From: Chara braunii
Lineage: Eukaryota; Plantae; Charophyceae
NCBI GenBank assembly: GCA_003427395.1
Contig: BFEA01000025.1
Coordinates: forward strand, 4,638,265-4,701,674
Direction: 5' to 3'
Length of the DNA stretch: 63,410 nucleotides
Shown: one piece after another, positions 10,897 to 24,438 of the stretch
Numbering within the stretch: the first letter of the stretch is position 1
How the letters are laid out: each line of letters begins with the position of its first letter
Notes under the pieces: generated by a model
What the model was told of the DNA's origin: nothing
The model's database searches: none
The model's input: the letters and a program-made list of their open reading frames with translations, nothing else
Made by a program: the position numbers and the translations under genes

Positions 10897-12700
10897 GTGA
10901 AGTTGGTGGAAGTACGGAAACTGACGAACGACAAGCTTATAGAGTTGGATTTACCTGCATGTATGATGAGACGAGCACGTAGCAAGTTAAAAATCGTTTG
11001 GACCAGCAATCCAACGGTTTCAGACTCGTTACATAACCAGAGGACGTTTGCACGTGCGGACGTCTGTACCTGCACGTGTGCGGGGTTACCCTATCCAAGG
11101 ATAGGAGATCGTGTGCGGTTTCGTCTGCAGGAATTGGTTGATATTCATCCTTTGCTATGTAACGCTAAGAACGTGTCAAGCGCTTAGCACCCAAACCGAT
11201 CGAAGTTACTCCAACAGGAGATTGAGGAAGCCTTCGACAAATTGTCGAATCGAGGTGTAACGAGCGTTCACATCTCTCAAAGTGACGTGAAATGTTGCAT
11301 GATGACCATAGGTAGCACGAAGACGAAGTATTTGGAGTTGGACTCGGTGATGGAGTTAAGAGAACGGTTGAGTGGGTTGGTCTGTACACCACTTGATAGG
11401 AATACAAGTGAGACCTTGGTGCTCTGCCCGTTAGTGTATCATGAAGAGATGATGGCAACATTCGTCTGTAATGCGGGTTATCGGATCATAGTCAGTGACG
11501 AGGCTTCTATCTTCGCAGAGATGAAGGCCGATGTTGGGGCGTACGGATTGAAGTACTTTGTCAAGATGGAGAAGAAAGGTGCTCTCGACAGTGCGTATGT
11601 TCAACCGAAACACAAAGACTTAGATTTGTATCGACCAATTTATCCCTCCTATTGCGAACCGACGGTCAAGATGTTCAAAGTGGCGGCAAAAGCACCGAAC
11701 CACCTGTTGTTTGCCCTTTCAGAGTTTTGGCACTTCAACATGAAGGTTATATCGGACATCGTACCACGAATTAACGAGAGGAATAAGAAGATTCAGCATG
11801 TACGTAGGAAAGGCCTTAATGTCTCCTCGATGTCTTACGACATCAAAGACATGTTCAGTAAACTGCCACATGAGAGAATCATGGAAGCAGTTAACTGGAT
11901 CATTGGATACTTCATCACGAAATGCAAGGTGGTGGTGAGAGTTAACCCATGTGGACGGGGTAGCAGTTTTGGACGGACGACTGGAACAGACCACTAGCAG
12001 ACAATCGTGTTGGAGACAATAAAATGTTTTGTAGAGTTTGATATGAAGCACACTTACACCAAGGCAATGGGTGTAATTTTGAAGCAGGTCGTCGGCATCC
12101 CCATGGGGAAAAGCATGAGTCCACCTTTGGCATGTATCATGTGTGCACACGCTGAGTGCAAGTTCCTTTCGGGGTTGGGGCAGGCATGTGCTAATGTTTT
12201 CGGTATCCGGTTGATAGATGACGTCGGCCTAGTGATCGTGACAAAGATGGGTGATGAGGGTAATGAGACTAGAATTAGGGAGTTTTTCGAACCCTGTTAT
12301 CCGAGCAATTTAACCCTCAAAAGGACGGATGACGACAGTGGCAAGTGGGAGTTTTGGGGACTTGAGATGAGGGAACGGGACGTATATCCGTATGTAGGGT
12401 GCGTTCAGATGTCCAAAAACGAATAGTCAGTGTGGACGGAAGACGGGCTCGAGTTCAAAAGTGGACAGAGCTACAGATCCTAGAGTAGTAAAGCACACAA
12501 GAGCGCTGTAATAGCAAGTCGCTTACACATAATTGACATAAATACGACAGTGAGAAGTGAGTTACCTGATAGGGTACTTACCTTGAGCCGCTAATTGAGA
12601 ATGATGGACTTTCCTATATATTTTTCCCTCCAGGTTCTGAAGAGATTTGCAACAGGCAGAGAGCCGATTTGGGATCACATCTGGACTTGGCTGTCCAATG
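10897..12700 (+). pseudogene. CxC linker and PLE-type reverse transcriptase, disrupted
   Basis: ORFs 10897-11187, 11242-11997 and 12007-12426 carry CTCTC, RPI, DIKDMF, GIPMG, IDD and EFWGL motifs, with in-frame stops between them. Confidence 0.88.
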
Positions 12701-12934
12701 ATGTGTCTTTCCGTTCGTATAGCAACCGAGAGATGATGATATGTGATGAGTAGGTAGGAGGTGTGTGAGGCGTAGCATGTGCTACATGTTGTATCTTTAC
12801 TTTGTCAATTGTATATCGAATGTAATTATATGGTGTGATATGCTTACGGTGTGTACTTCAGGGTCACAAAGACTGGGACTTGTTCCCCAACTTTGCAGTA
12901 GGCGTAGGTTTTCGAATGACGCTCCGATAGATAT

Positions 12935-13579
12935 CTAGGGACAGGGGATATCCTGCGACTGGTATGGAATAACCTTTTTTCCTTTTTTCCTTTATTTTGA
13001 TGTTCCCGACTAATATTCTTTTTTTTTTTTTTCTTGCAGATCATTGTAGAGCCGTTTCATTTTGGTACCTGGTTCCAACAATGTAGGACGCGGAACAGGT
13101 CGTTCACGGTGTTTTTTGGAGTACGTAGCCTGACAGGACCCTGAGACTGTTTCGGTAGAAGTTTGTCTGCCTTACGGTCGGAAGGTGAGAACAAATGGAA
13201 CTATATCAACAATGATTGAACTGTTTTCAATCCTCTTCAGGACTGGTATCGGACAGCTTCCGCCATCCAGAATGGTTGTAGTCATGATGATGTCGGTGGG
13301 AATGCGGAGCGGCGATATGGTTGAGGGAGAAGACTAGGTGGATAAAGCCCCCTAAGGATGACAGCGTGGCTACGGTCGAAACCGGTCGGGGTAGCCATAC
13401 CCACCGGAGTGTGACTTTTTTGTTATTGTTGATCCGCGATTTATCGCGCTCATACGTACTTGACTACACTCTTGCGTGTATGGCATTTTTGCTCGTACTA
13501 CTCTTGTGTGGACTTTGTACTTGTGCATGACGTGTTGAGTCGACTCACCTGTTACGCACACTTCAACAATCAAACAAAC
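12935..13579 (+). repeat. 3' pseudo-LTR of the Penelope-like element
   Basis: Direct repeat of 250-876. Confidence 0.9.
13348..13391 (+). ncRNA. Hammerhead-like motif (core variant CUAAGGA)
   Basis: CCCC-CTAAGGA-TGAC(loop)GTC-GAAA-CCGG-TC-GGGG. Stem I CCCC/GGGG is intact, with distal TATGGT/GCCATA pairing. Confidence 0.7.
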
Positions 13580-16500
13580 CATCTAAAGCTCGATAGTTGA
13601 CGACGCTAACCAAGAAACGAGATGCACCAATTCAGTTTTTTTGGCACGCAGGACGTTGCTAGGCTCGGCAAGGAAAGGGGCAGACCCTTGGTGCAGGAGG
13701 TGCTGACCTCCAACTCGAATAACCTTCTTAATGAATAATTGTTGGATTACCTTCAGTTCGAGTTCTTCTGATGTAGTGTCAAGCCATGTTTGGAATGCAG
13801 TTTTGTCTCTTAGAGTACGCTGACCAGAGATATCTGGTTGGTAGTTTTTGTCTTTCCCATGTATTTTTATGATTGGGGGAGTTAATCCTCTGAGAACCGC
13901 CACCTAATCATCTCCTTGCAATTTACTTTTATTTTCCACCAGTCTGGTCAGGGGACGAAAAAATGAGTCCAATGCTTTTATCATCACCTTGAGATCACCG
14001 ACAAACAAAACGATGGTGGAAAAGATAAGTTGTTTTGAGTGTGTTGATTTCTATAATTTTATGGATTGATGGATCTTTATGCACTATGTAGAAGGTAGAC
14101 AATTACTTTTATCATCAAAAGAAAGATTGGAGTAGCGAACAAGTATCCTTCCGATATGATCTCGATATTGGGTATTCATTTAATAGGATCTCGTCGATCG
14201 ATACACACCTTGAAGCATCGTTCCAAATAATCCTTACCCATTTTCATGACTTGGGTCCCACTCCTATTTTTTTCATATTACTATTGAGGAAGCCCCAGTT
14301 TACCTGGTCATGCGTTATCGTGAACTTGAAAAACATTTATTTTGTCTTCACAATATGTTATATGAAATTCTGTCACTTTTTAAAACAAATAATTTAACGT
14401 CATAATATTGTCCACAACGCATCTATCTGAGACGAAGCCCACCTGGTTCAAGTGAAGGCAGTTATCTGCTAAGTTAAATTTTCATAAAGTTAATACTTTC
14501 ACCAAAATCTTTTAATAAATTGTGAGTAGGAGATGGGTAATTTATAAAATCTTTCCTTTTTCCTTTCTTGTAAAGGAGTGTGATGATATGGGTGTTGAAA
14601 AATTTCATCGCCTTTCATCCAAATGTTTTATTAAAAATGTCTGAGGTCATATCCTATTATCGAACAAGACTCCTCCTAAGATTATTTGGTCAGTCCATCA
14701 TATTTTTAAACTCCGATATCGGATGGTTCTTCAAAATTTGCAAGGCAAATGAGTATCCCTCTTTCAAGATAGGTTTGTCTAGTTCTTGTGATTGTTTTTC
14801 GAGGTTATTCTTGCTAAATGTTGTAGCATTTTACTTCATGCTAGTATAGTCTACATTACAGTGGAGTAGGAGGTTGTGTTTTGGCGCAATAGAGTTCTTC
14901 ATCCTAAATGGAAAGGGGTTTCAAGGTTGGTCGAGACATAGTAGGGGTTTGGGCGAGGGTCGTTTCTTCAATTGAGGAAAACTTATTAAAAAAAATTGTA
15001 AAAAAAAAAAAAACGGCAAAAAAAAGGCAATAAGAATAAAAAAAAAGACAAAGTGAAGTGGAAAACCGACAACAAATGATAAAGCAACAAAACAAAAATA
15101 AAAAGTGGCGAGAAAATAAATTTAAAAAATAATGATGAAAAACATTGTTGATTTTGCGCTTCGTGGCTGCTTGACCTTGATAAATTTAGGAAGGCAGGAG
15201 CTTCTCATTGGCGGTTTAATATTCCCTCATTGTAGTTTGTGAGTTTTGTTGGATCTCATAGGTCATTTACTCCTCTAATATTAACTTCTCTGTTATTTAC
15301 TCCAATGTATGGGATTCATGCGGATTAATAACTACATATGTATTAATTTAGTTCATGATTTGATATTCCGACATTGGTATGTAGCCACTTGAATCCCTCA
15401 TATATTTTTTCATTTCTTTAGTATATAGGTTTGAGAAGAGGTCCTTACTCAAATGGACTTCCGCAATTCCCAGCACTACGTGGTGTTCCGTACTATTGTT
15501 GTCCTTGGTTAATTTTATGAAGATCTTAAAATGTCATTTGCGAGAGGAAGTGCAACTATTATAAAACTCACCTACTCCGAGCTTATCAGTATATCCTTTT
15601 TGCCAAAAATCATATTCCCTCGATTTCATTATTCAAAGGATGAGTATGGTGCTAGAGTAATATGTTCGTTTTCTTTATTCTCATAATTTGGGGTACTTAT
15701 AATACGAGGTAGTCTATATGAGAGAACACAGTGCTCAACATGGGTTTTGTATACTAAAATATTGTCTTTTTTAGTTTAATATTTTGGTCTGTTACTTTAT
15801 ATCTATATGAAGGGTCGCGACTTACAAGGCCGAAAATTTTAACAAACAATTCGAAAAACCTATGATCATTATTTGGCTTTAACTTATGTTGGAAACCAGG
15901 TTTTGCATCGCAATTGAAACAATTTATTGACGTGAGATGATATATTTTTTTTAAGAATTAACAACATTGATTGCCCTGGGTTGAACATAAGGAATTTATT
16001 GTAATTCTTCCTATGAAAAAATAACAGAACTAATATTGAATGTTAAGGACAGAACCCAAAAGATCAATTGAAGTTTTCCTTTCTACACTGAACAAATCCT
16101 TCGACTTAGCTATACATAGTATTATCAAGTTTCTAATTCATTCTTGACAATTCAATCTCTTTATACAAACAAATGTATACTGAGGAGTTTACTGGCGGCC
16201 AAAATGGTATGGGAATCCTTTCACATCACTCATAGAAAATGAGGTATCTATATTTGTCCAATTATTAAAGTCTGAATGAACCTTCTTACGCTCGCCACAT
16301 CCTCTTGAATAACTACAATTGTAGTTTTATCTAAGGTACAAAACCAACCTTCACAAATTTTATTTGATGAAAATTGATTTTTTTTTTCTTCATTTTGTCC
16401 TCTGTCGCATTTAGGAGTTTAAGCTTCGTAAACTTGTTCATTAATTTAAGATTTGTGTTGTAGGTGAAATCTACGACGGTGTGGTACGCTTCTTGACCAA

Positions 16501-16961
16501 AGGTTAGTGCATCTCTCACTCATAGGTGCATCTACGAATCTAAAGAGAACATAAAACCGTGTTCCTTCCTATACGAAATCAATTTGCCTTCGAATTACAC
16601 ACTTATCTATGAGGCACTGACCCAGTAAGATAGTCACCCATCCAATCCAAAAGCCAAATAGTTTCATCAATGATCCATCTCCAAGTTTTATCCTACCTCC
16701 ATGAGAGTGTGTCAGGTTTTGAGGTTCATCATCGTGCTCCCTCCATATACACTAGCGGAGAGCATGGGTTGGCTCGGAGACACCATGCTTGAGCACAAAT
16801 TGGTAGCACTTTGAAAAGGCTGGAAACATTGTATGCCGACGGGTATGCAACCCATTTCCAACAAATTGTTTATAACAACCAAGCGAGAACATTGTATGCA
16901 AACGATAATGCAACCCATCTTTAACAATTTGTGTTTATTGAGCAGACAAAATATGAGGACA

Positions 16962-17025
16962 AGCGTGGTAACTCAGTGGGTATCAACTCTGGCACTGCAG
17001 CGGGGAGGTTGCGGGTTCGATTTTA
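16962..17025 (+). other. Degenerate tRNA-like/SINE head
   Basis: A-box-like TAACTCAGTGG and B-box GGTTCGATT, without an acceptor stem. Confidence 0.5.
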
Positions 17026-18844
17026 TTGTCCCTCAAAGCTCCCCTACACACGATCAGTTGGTGCTATGTTGGCACCTCACGTACTTGTTCGTCAACCTAG
17101 TACAACACATGGATAATTAGTTGTAGTAGCTTAGTGGGTTGAGCTTGGGTGCTGTAAGGGAGAGGTCCGATTTGTTTTTGATTGACCTTGTGCACAGAGT
17201 ACAGATATAGTTGGGGCACAAGCAAGAATGGGCCAAGGAGGTCTAGTGGAGTGGATGATCACGCAAGTGGTTGCCTTTCGACCTCGCTTTGGGGCCGTAG
17301 AGCCACATGTGGGATGGTCAAGCAGGGATTTGTATGACAAACAGACCAGAGTGGGCCCAGTGGGTGACAATAATATAGGAGTGGGTGGTGACCATCTACT
17401 TATTGATGACCAAGACCAGAGCTTTGTTGAGTGATAAAAAAAAACAATTACAACAACTAGAGGAGTCTAGCTGATGACTAAGGTACAGGGATGGATGATA
17501 GCCATGTATCTATTCATGACAAAGGCTAGAGTCCCTCCAGACAATGAACAACCAACAATGACCACAACAACACTAGTACAACCACAAGTAGAACCTTTAA
17601 GTCATATTAACAACATAAGTAGAACAACTGATAGCAGTTATGCTAGGCGGGTATATCCAAGTTGCTCAGGGGGTGTCAGATGTTAGACCTTGGCTAGAAG
17701 GGGGGCATTGGACACTGTGAGGAGGGGGGCATTAAACATTGATCGTATCTAGGATATACATGAGTAGATCCATACGTTGGGGAGCCCGAGTAAGTTGGGG
17801 CCGCATTAAGGGTCTACCCATGATGACTGGAGAAAGAACGCTTATGCCTAGCGCCCAAAGTCCCCATACGATAGGGCTCGTTTGAGCGTGCTTCAACCAG
17901 GGTTGGATGAGTTACTGCTCAATCGTGGTGCCTGCAACTGGTATCCAGTCAAGTTACCCCCCCAAGATGGGAGAAGGGTGATGGTCCTGAGTGGTAGACA
18001 TTGAGGCAGGACTGGGGGAGTAAAATTTGACAAGAGGAGGATCTCATAAGGGGTAGGACCCTACGAAAAATAAAAAAATGAAAAAGGTTCCACCACATCC
18101 CAGTCTTGTTGCTGAGTCATCAACAAGCCCAATCGGGTTTCTGCATGACCATGAACATGTTGGCAATGGGAAGGAAATGTTGGGAAACCCAAGGAAATGA
18201 CCCTTGCTCACCACATAGAATATTGGGCTTGTTGAGGAAAGCGGGTGTTTTGCCTAGTCATGTTGATCAAGATTACTCACTGGCCAGGAAAACACTAGGT
18301 TGATGTAATACACTGGGACATAAATGACACACTATGGTCACTGGACCTAACAGATTGAATACCCGGTCATGGGGGGGGTAAAATGTTAAAGAAAATTAAA
18401 ACAAAGCAACAAAAAGAAAAGCATAGCCGCTTAATACTGGCAATGCCCACACAATCCTTTTCCTCGCCCAAATGCCCGCAGTCTTTGATTCTAGCTGATG
18501 AAGCAGTAGGCTGTAAATAAGGATTGCCTTGTATACGACCTCAACTTTCGAGAGGCAGGGTACTGGACCAAAATGGCTAGTGGCGCCAGCCAAAACGAGG
18601 CTGACGAGGGTTTGTTTTCTTTTGGCGCGCAAGGCATTTTCAGGCTCGACTTCAATAGCTAGGTGATCCCTTCCTCTTTGGATCAACCACCTTGGCCATC
18701 CCCTCACCCCAGTCCTTGCTCTCCCACGATTCAGCGCACCGTTTCCCAACCCCAAAACTCTCCTCTCGATCTGAAAGCCCCATTGTTGTTGTCATCAGAG
18801 TGTGGGGATTAAGGCCAACTCCCATTGTTGTGGCGGCTATGATA

Positions 18845-19021
18845 CTCCAGTGTCACTTTTTGCGTGAGTATGAAAATGTATTTGATTGTAGTTGCCGCCT
18901 AATGCAGTCGAAAAGGTCTTGGTGTCTGCTTTGGGGCTCCAGTGTCACTTTGCGTGAGTATGAAAATGTATTTCATTGTAGTTGCCGCCTAATGCAGTCG
19001 AAAAGGTCTTGGTGTCTGTTT
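18845..19021. repeat. Tandem duplication, about 92-bp period
   Basis: CTCCAGTGTCACTTT...GGTCTTGGTGTCTG occurs twice. Confidence 0.9.
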
Positions 19022-19368
19022 TGAGGCTATTAGTGTCCGAGGGGAGGTAAAACCCTGCCGTGCGTGACCTGAGGAGCTCTTTGCGTAAACCAGTCCCCAG
19101 AGCCTGGCCATCTTCACGTCAAGGTCCGTCTTTTTTCTCGGCACCTCACTCCTGATACGATTCTATCGGGGGCGGGCCGTCCTAGGGCTATGTATGTACT
19201 AAATGAGTACGAATAGTTGCAGTTTTGCCTATACAGATTCACGCTTTGCTTTCTGAAGGGCTAACATAGCATTGATGGGGCCTGGCTAAACTACGTCTCA
19301 TGTCATTTTGAATATGATTGTCAGTCGTTCGGAGTTTTCCTTTGCGGGGCAAAGAAATTACAGAGCGT

Positions 19369-20514
19369 TGTGAATGGCCTGGTGGCTCAGTGGTTAGAGC
19401 ACCGGCTGGAAATGCGCATCGTGGTTTAAGGTTGTGGGTTCAAAACTCCGCAACCTCGCGCACATCTGCCATTACGCGCTTTCAGAGCGCCTAGCCATTG
19501 GCACCCCCCCCTTGGGACGACGCATGGTAAGTTTATACAGATGCTGCCTGCGTATCGCCAAGGGGTCTAGGTCCATGGGTGTAGTATGCTGGATAGGGCC
19601 ATAGGGAGGGCTGCTGTATTTAGTCTGGGGGGGGGGGGGCGAGGATCAGGTCTGGTCTTGGCTCCACCATGGGCCATCGGGGATAGAGGGATGGGGTGAG
19701 GGGGGGGGGGGAGGGTGCGGTACGGTAAATAAATGTGCATGTACGAAATAGCTTGTAATGAATATAGAAGTTGGAACTATCCGCAAGGCTTAAATTGAAA
19801 CCAGTTTGAATTGTTTGTACATAACAAAAACAAATGGAATGCTGATGTCATGGTAGAGTAGGGTACCGTTGGGGTTTTCCCGCTGCTGTGACACCCATCC
19901 AAGAGTCCACACAGAGCAAGCCTGACTATGGTAGGGCCCATTTTGGGGGGGAATTCTACGCACAAAATAGAGGGGTGGTAGGGGATGGGTACCAGGTACT
20001 TCTCATCCCACTGGCATTCTATGATGCCTGCGGGTGGCGCTTAATCCGGGTAGGGGGGCTGAGGGAATACTTGTTGGGGGAATTAGGTAAGATTGTGGAG
20101 TCCCAGGGAGCCTTGGATAGGAAGGCATCATGCATAGAATAGGGGGAGGGTGGGATATCGCACCTTAGCAGAAGGACAGTTCGCTGCCCATAGAGTCTGC
20201 AGGGATGTGGCGCAGAAAGGGGATGGGTGCACAAAAATGCATGGGCCCTGCCTGTGCCCTTACAGTTAGGGTTAGTATCTGTATAGACGTTCGGGTTAGA
20301 CCAGTAAGCGTTGGCGCAGATCACGGCTTGCGATCTGAGCATTAGCGTAGGTCACGATGCTGTGGTGCCACCTTGAGATGACTCCCCTAGGGTCCCTGCA
20401 ATCCATCTGACCTCCCAATGGATGAGTACCGGGGCACTCCCTGAGGCCTGGTCACCACCCTCTACTACACCCTGGACCTTTTTCGAAAAAGGAAAAAAAT
20501 AAAAATAAAAAAAT
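19369..20514 (+). mobile_element. Long tRNA-headed SINE with A-rich tail and 14-bp TSD
   Basis: AAATTACAGAGCGT at 19355-19368 and 20515-20528. A-box TGGCTCAGTGG and B-box-like GGTTCAAAAC at 19376-19458. A-rich tail at about 20486-20514. Confidence 0.85.
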
Positions 20515-23500
20515 AAATTACAGAGCGTCAAGAGCATTCAAGGCTGGGAGGCGAGAGAGCGTCACAAGTGTGTGCAGCGCTGAGGCTACACGCAGTAAGC
20601 CAGCCACATCGAAAGGCCAGCAGTTCAGGTCGGACGATAGCTGAAGACATCGACCCTACGATGCTTTTTTTTTTTTTTTTTTTNNNNNNNNNNNNNNNNN
20701 NNNNNNNNTTACGATGCTGTGGTCTGCCGCATTCATCGCAGTTGGGCACCCATCAAGTTCTGAGGTTACAGAACAATCTCTTTGCATCTGTGACCATAAA
20801 CGACCCAATACATTCCAAATGTTGGACTCCTCCAAACGCGCCTCCTCCGTCTAAATGCATATAGAGTGTTGTGTTGAGTAGTGGAGCGAGGCCCAATAGC
20901 GAACGCTGCCGAAGCGAGGCCCAATAGGACCCCTGCCGAAGTTGTTTGCAACCCCCAATCAACAGGTGCCTCGCTCTCTTACCAAAGGGCCAAGGACCCC
21001 ACCGATGCTAAAGATGCACGAATCTACCGAAAGGGGAAAAAAAACGATGCATGCACGAATCTACCGGTACTACCGGTACTACCGGCAGTCGCCATAAAGA
21101 CTCCCAACGCTCGTGCTAGCTTGGTAGGTCCCAAAATCCGATGCCTGGTTGATAGCGATGGTTTTTGATATCGAATAGCAGGCGATGGTCTTTGATATCG
21201 AATGGCAAACGTGCATCTGATGTGCTTTTAGACATTTGCCCCTGGCTCTACGCACTGAGACATTTTCGAATGCCTTCTGGTCGCAATCACAGTCATGTAC
21301 GTCCAACGGGTGCCGTAGTTGCGGTCAGATACGTTGTTAGCTGGCGCCTTCAAACATTCGTCCATCCACCCATTCACGCGGCGACAAGCCTATCGGCTCT
21401 CTATCTACTATCTATCCAGTGATCGACCTAAGCGTGAGCGGGGCGGGCGCGGGGGCGGGACCCCCCCTCTCTCCCCCCTCTCCCCTCCCTCTCCCCTGAC
21501 GTGTATCGCAATACGGCGAAATTCGAATATCTTCGGAGTTCGTCTGCACACGCACCCGCGCTGTGGGCTTTCGTCCGTCCAATTCTGAAAGCTCGATCTT
21601 GCGCGCGTTTGCCCGTTAGGGAGAGGGAGAGGGAAGGGGGAGGCGTGGGCGGGGTGGCAGTCAAATTTCATGCCGTTTGTGGCAATCCTTTCCTGCCCCT
21701 GGCGCGCTCCTCGAGAGCTACCCCCTCTCCTACCTCTCCCAACTCTCCCCGCGCTCGACCTACCGCCCCTACAGCTAACCACTGGTTCTCCGATCCCGGG
21801 GCTAGGTCCCACTTGCACGAATTAAGAGATAGTGACCGTAGATAGCAAAGATCAACGGCGGAAATCTCCTAATTTGCGCAAGTGGGACCTTGCCCGCGAT
21901 TGCTGTGCCATCTTTGTTAGGGATGTCGCAGCAGCGCGGGGGCGGGAAACGGTCTCGCTCTTTCTCAGGGAATGCCGAGGCTGAGCGAAAACAGGGATTC
22001 ACCTCCTCCTCACCTCCTCCTCTCCTCTCCTCTCCTCTCCTATCCTCTCGTCAACTTCCAGCCCTCATGGCCGCCGTACGGAGGCCTTAGCTATAGTCAG
22101 GGCTAAATTTGTGACGCCACTACAAGTAACCACTGGTTCTCGAATCCGATTGCTGTGCCATCTTTCTTAGTGGGGCCAACTCGTCATTTCTTCATTGGCC
22201 GCCAATTTATGATCTCAGCCTTCTGTCCAGCTCTTCGTCGATCATACGATCCCGTTTCTCGTTCGCGCCCATCTTGCCGTGGAATTCCAGTTCGTAAGCG
22301 TCGTGATCACCGTCGTCTTCATCCTCCTCTTTTTTCTCCTACTCTGTTTTCTCCCACTATGCCATTTTCTCCTCTTCCTCGCTTTTCCGAAGGAGCTACC
22401 ATCACCCCGTACTGCGTCTTATTTGCCGCCGCCTGAAGTCATCCATCGCTCTCTCTTTGTCAAGCCAATCTTATCGAAGGCCGGAAGGAGCAAATATACT
22501 TTTCGGGGGGCAGGGCTGCTAGGAATCTCGCCATCGCCAAGATCATTGCTCCCTTCTCTCCCCTCCCTTCTCTCCCACCTCCTTTCTCTCCCACCTCCTT
22601 TCTCTCCCACTCGTGAAGTTGTCTGCCGCTCTCTCTTTTCTTCAGCCCAATCACGTCCCCTCTCTCTCAAATTGTCTTCTCGTATCCGATCATCTTTGAC
22701 TTCCTAGCCCTTGGGTTAACCCTCCCACGATTTGGTCGATCCTAGCCTGATGTTGCACTCGATTGCCGCCGCTCCCGGCCGATTCACTGAAGAGTGTAAT
22801 CAGCCCTGTATGTGCTTCTCTATGAGCACCACGGGTGCCTGCAGGGTTGAGGTACCGGCTTAGCGACCCACATTTGGTTTCCATTTGGGAGAACGACTAC
22901 CGGCTCTTCTATTCTATCTGCGTATCTATATTCTACCTATGTGTATATTTTGTCTTTTATTTTACCTGCGTATCTATATTCTACCTATATGTATTTATCA
23001 TCGAGCCCTCTTCTCTCATCTTTACCCAAGTTGCCTTTCTCCTGTCATGACCGTAGGTGAATCTATGAATTGATCTGTAATAACTTCCTACCTGCCCGCG
23101 CGGCCGGTTGCCTGTGGCGATTGGCTATCGTTGGGTCGGCTAACCCACCGCTTACAGTGAAGGCGGAAGCACGCACGGGACGCGGCGGTCACATTATTGC
23201 TGTTTGGCGGCGGCGTTAATCTGTAAGGAGTGTACTGTATACGCTATGTACGTTTCAATCTGTAAGGAGTGTACGGTAAGCTATGTAAGGAGTGTACGAT
23301 CAGCTATGTGTCTGGTCGCGAGGAGCCAAGCCAGTCCCTCATCGATCTAAGAGAGAGTTTCCTTTCGATATCCAGACTCGATCGTCTCAAGTGCGGAGCT
23401 GTCTTCGCTGGCAATCTTGCATGTTTGTTGTATATGTTTTCTCGCTTTTTTTGTTGTCGCCTCCAATTTGTCTCTTTTGCTCTTCCCTGCTTTTTTCTGC

Positions 23501-23648
23501 CCTTCGTTCTCCACGCCTTCGCGGCGGGAGTCGATCTCCTCCGCTCCGCCTGTCTCTCTCTCCGCAGTTATAGGAGAACTTTGTCTTATCTGAGGATTCG
23601 GATCGGGCCGTAAGTAACTCTCTCCTCCTTTTTCTACGGACGGTGGAG

Positions 23649-24012
23649 ATGCAAGAACGGGGGAGCAGAGGCGGCGCACTGGTGGTGGTGGTGGATATGG
23701 CGGTCACTAGATTGCTAGTGATGATGATGATCCATTGGGGGCTTGCCGTTGGGCAGCGGCAACCGGGTGTCTGCCCGTACACGACGAGCTTCGGGTGCTT
23801 GAATGGGGGATGGTGTGAAATGATCGTTCAGGGCGAGAATTACACGTGCCACTGCTCGGACCAGTTTTATGGCGACAAATGTGAACTCAAAGGAGTGCCT
23901 TGCGGTAACAAGTACTGTCTTAATGGGGGCACGTGCGTCCAGGAGACGACTCTGTGCGATTGTGGATCAGAATGGAACGGCGACGAAACGTGCTCCGTCC
24001 GCGTGCGGGGAG
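23649..24012 (+). CDS. EGF-like-domain membrane protein, coding exon 1 (signal peptide and two EGF-like domains)
   Basis: Hydrophobic leader, then C..CLNGGWC...CHC..FYGDKC and C...CLNGGTC...CDC...WNG..C. Donor AG|GTACGC, phase 1. An alternative ATG lies at 23697. Confidence 0.85.
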
Positions 24013-24244
24013 GTACGCTCACTTTTTGGCGCTCGATCTTAACCCTTACCGTCTTCTACACCTCCGTTTTGTCAGTCAATTCTGCTATCGCTGACGTCAA
24101 CATCTTGTTCAGGAAAGGAAACAGAAAAGGAATATGAAGAAAAAAAGCCTCTGCTTGCGGTCTGGATTGCGAGTTAAAGTCATGTCTCCAAAAGTCCCTT
24201 CGAGGATGCCATCTTTAGGGCAAGGAAGGGGAGGTCCGCTCTCT

Positions 24245-24255
24245 GTGTGTTTGTA

Positions 24256-24331
<76 letters not shown>

Positions 24332-24365
24332 AGAGGAGGAGGGGGGGGGGGGTGGAGAAAGGGGC

Positions 24366-24436
<71 letters not shown>
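24245..24436. repeat. Compound (GT)n/(GA)n/poly-G microsatellite
   Basis: Directly visible in intron 1. Confidence 0.95.

Positions 24437-24438
<2 letters not shown>

Larger units (their letters stand above)
250..13579 (+). mobile_element. Decayed Penelope-like retroelement with N-terminal GIY-YIG endonuclease (Naiad/Chlamys-type domain order), interrupted by the 2539-9889 insertion
   Basis: Direct repeats 250-876 and 12935-13579 flank ORF fragments with GIY-YIG (SGVYIL...YVGKT...RWREH), a CxC linker (VCTCTCAG) and PLE-type RT motifs (YDIKDMFSKLPH, GIPMGKSMSPPLA, RLIDD, WEFWGL). Confidence 0.88.

Noticed and set aside
13583-16600. AT-rich block as a decayed minus-strand retroelement
   Set aside because: Only faint hints (VCID, EYP near 14160-14220); no motif series I can defend without a profile search.
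19066-19100. Hammerhead-like CTGAGGA-GC..GC-GTAAAC
   Set aside because: Only a 2-bp stem II, a broken GAAA and no stem I.
19376-19458. Functional tRNA genes (also 16962, 25712, 29053)
   Set aside because: A/B boxes are present but there is no complete cloverleaf; treated as SINE heads.
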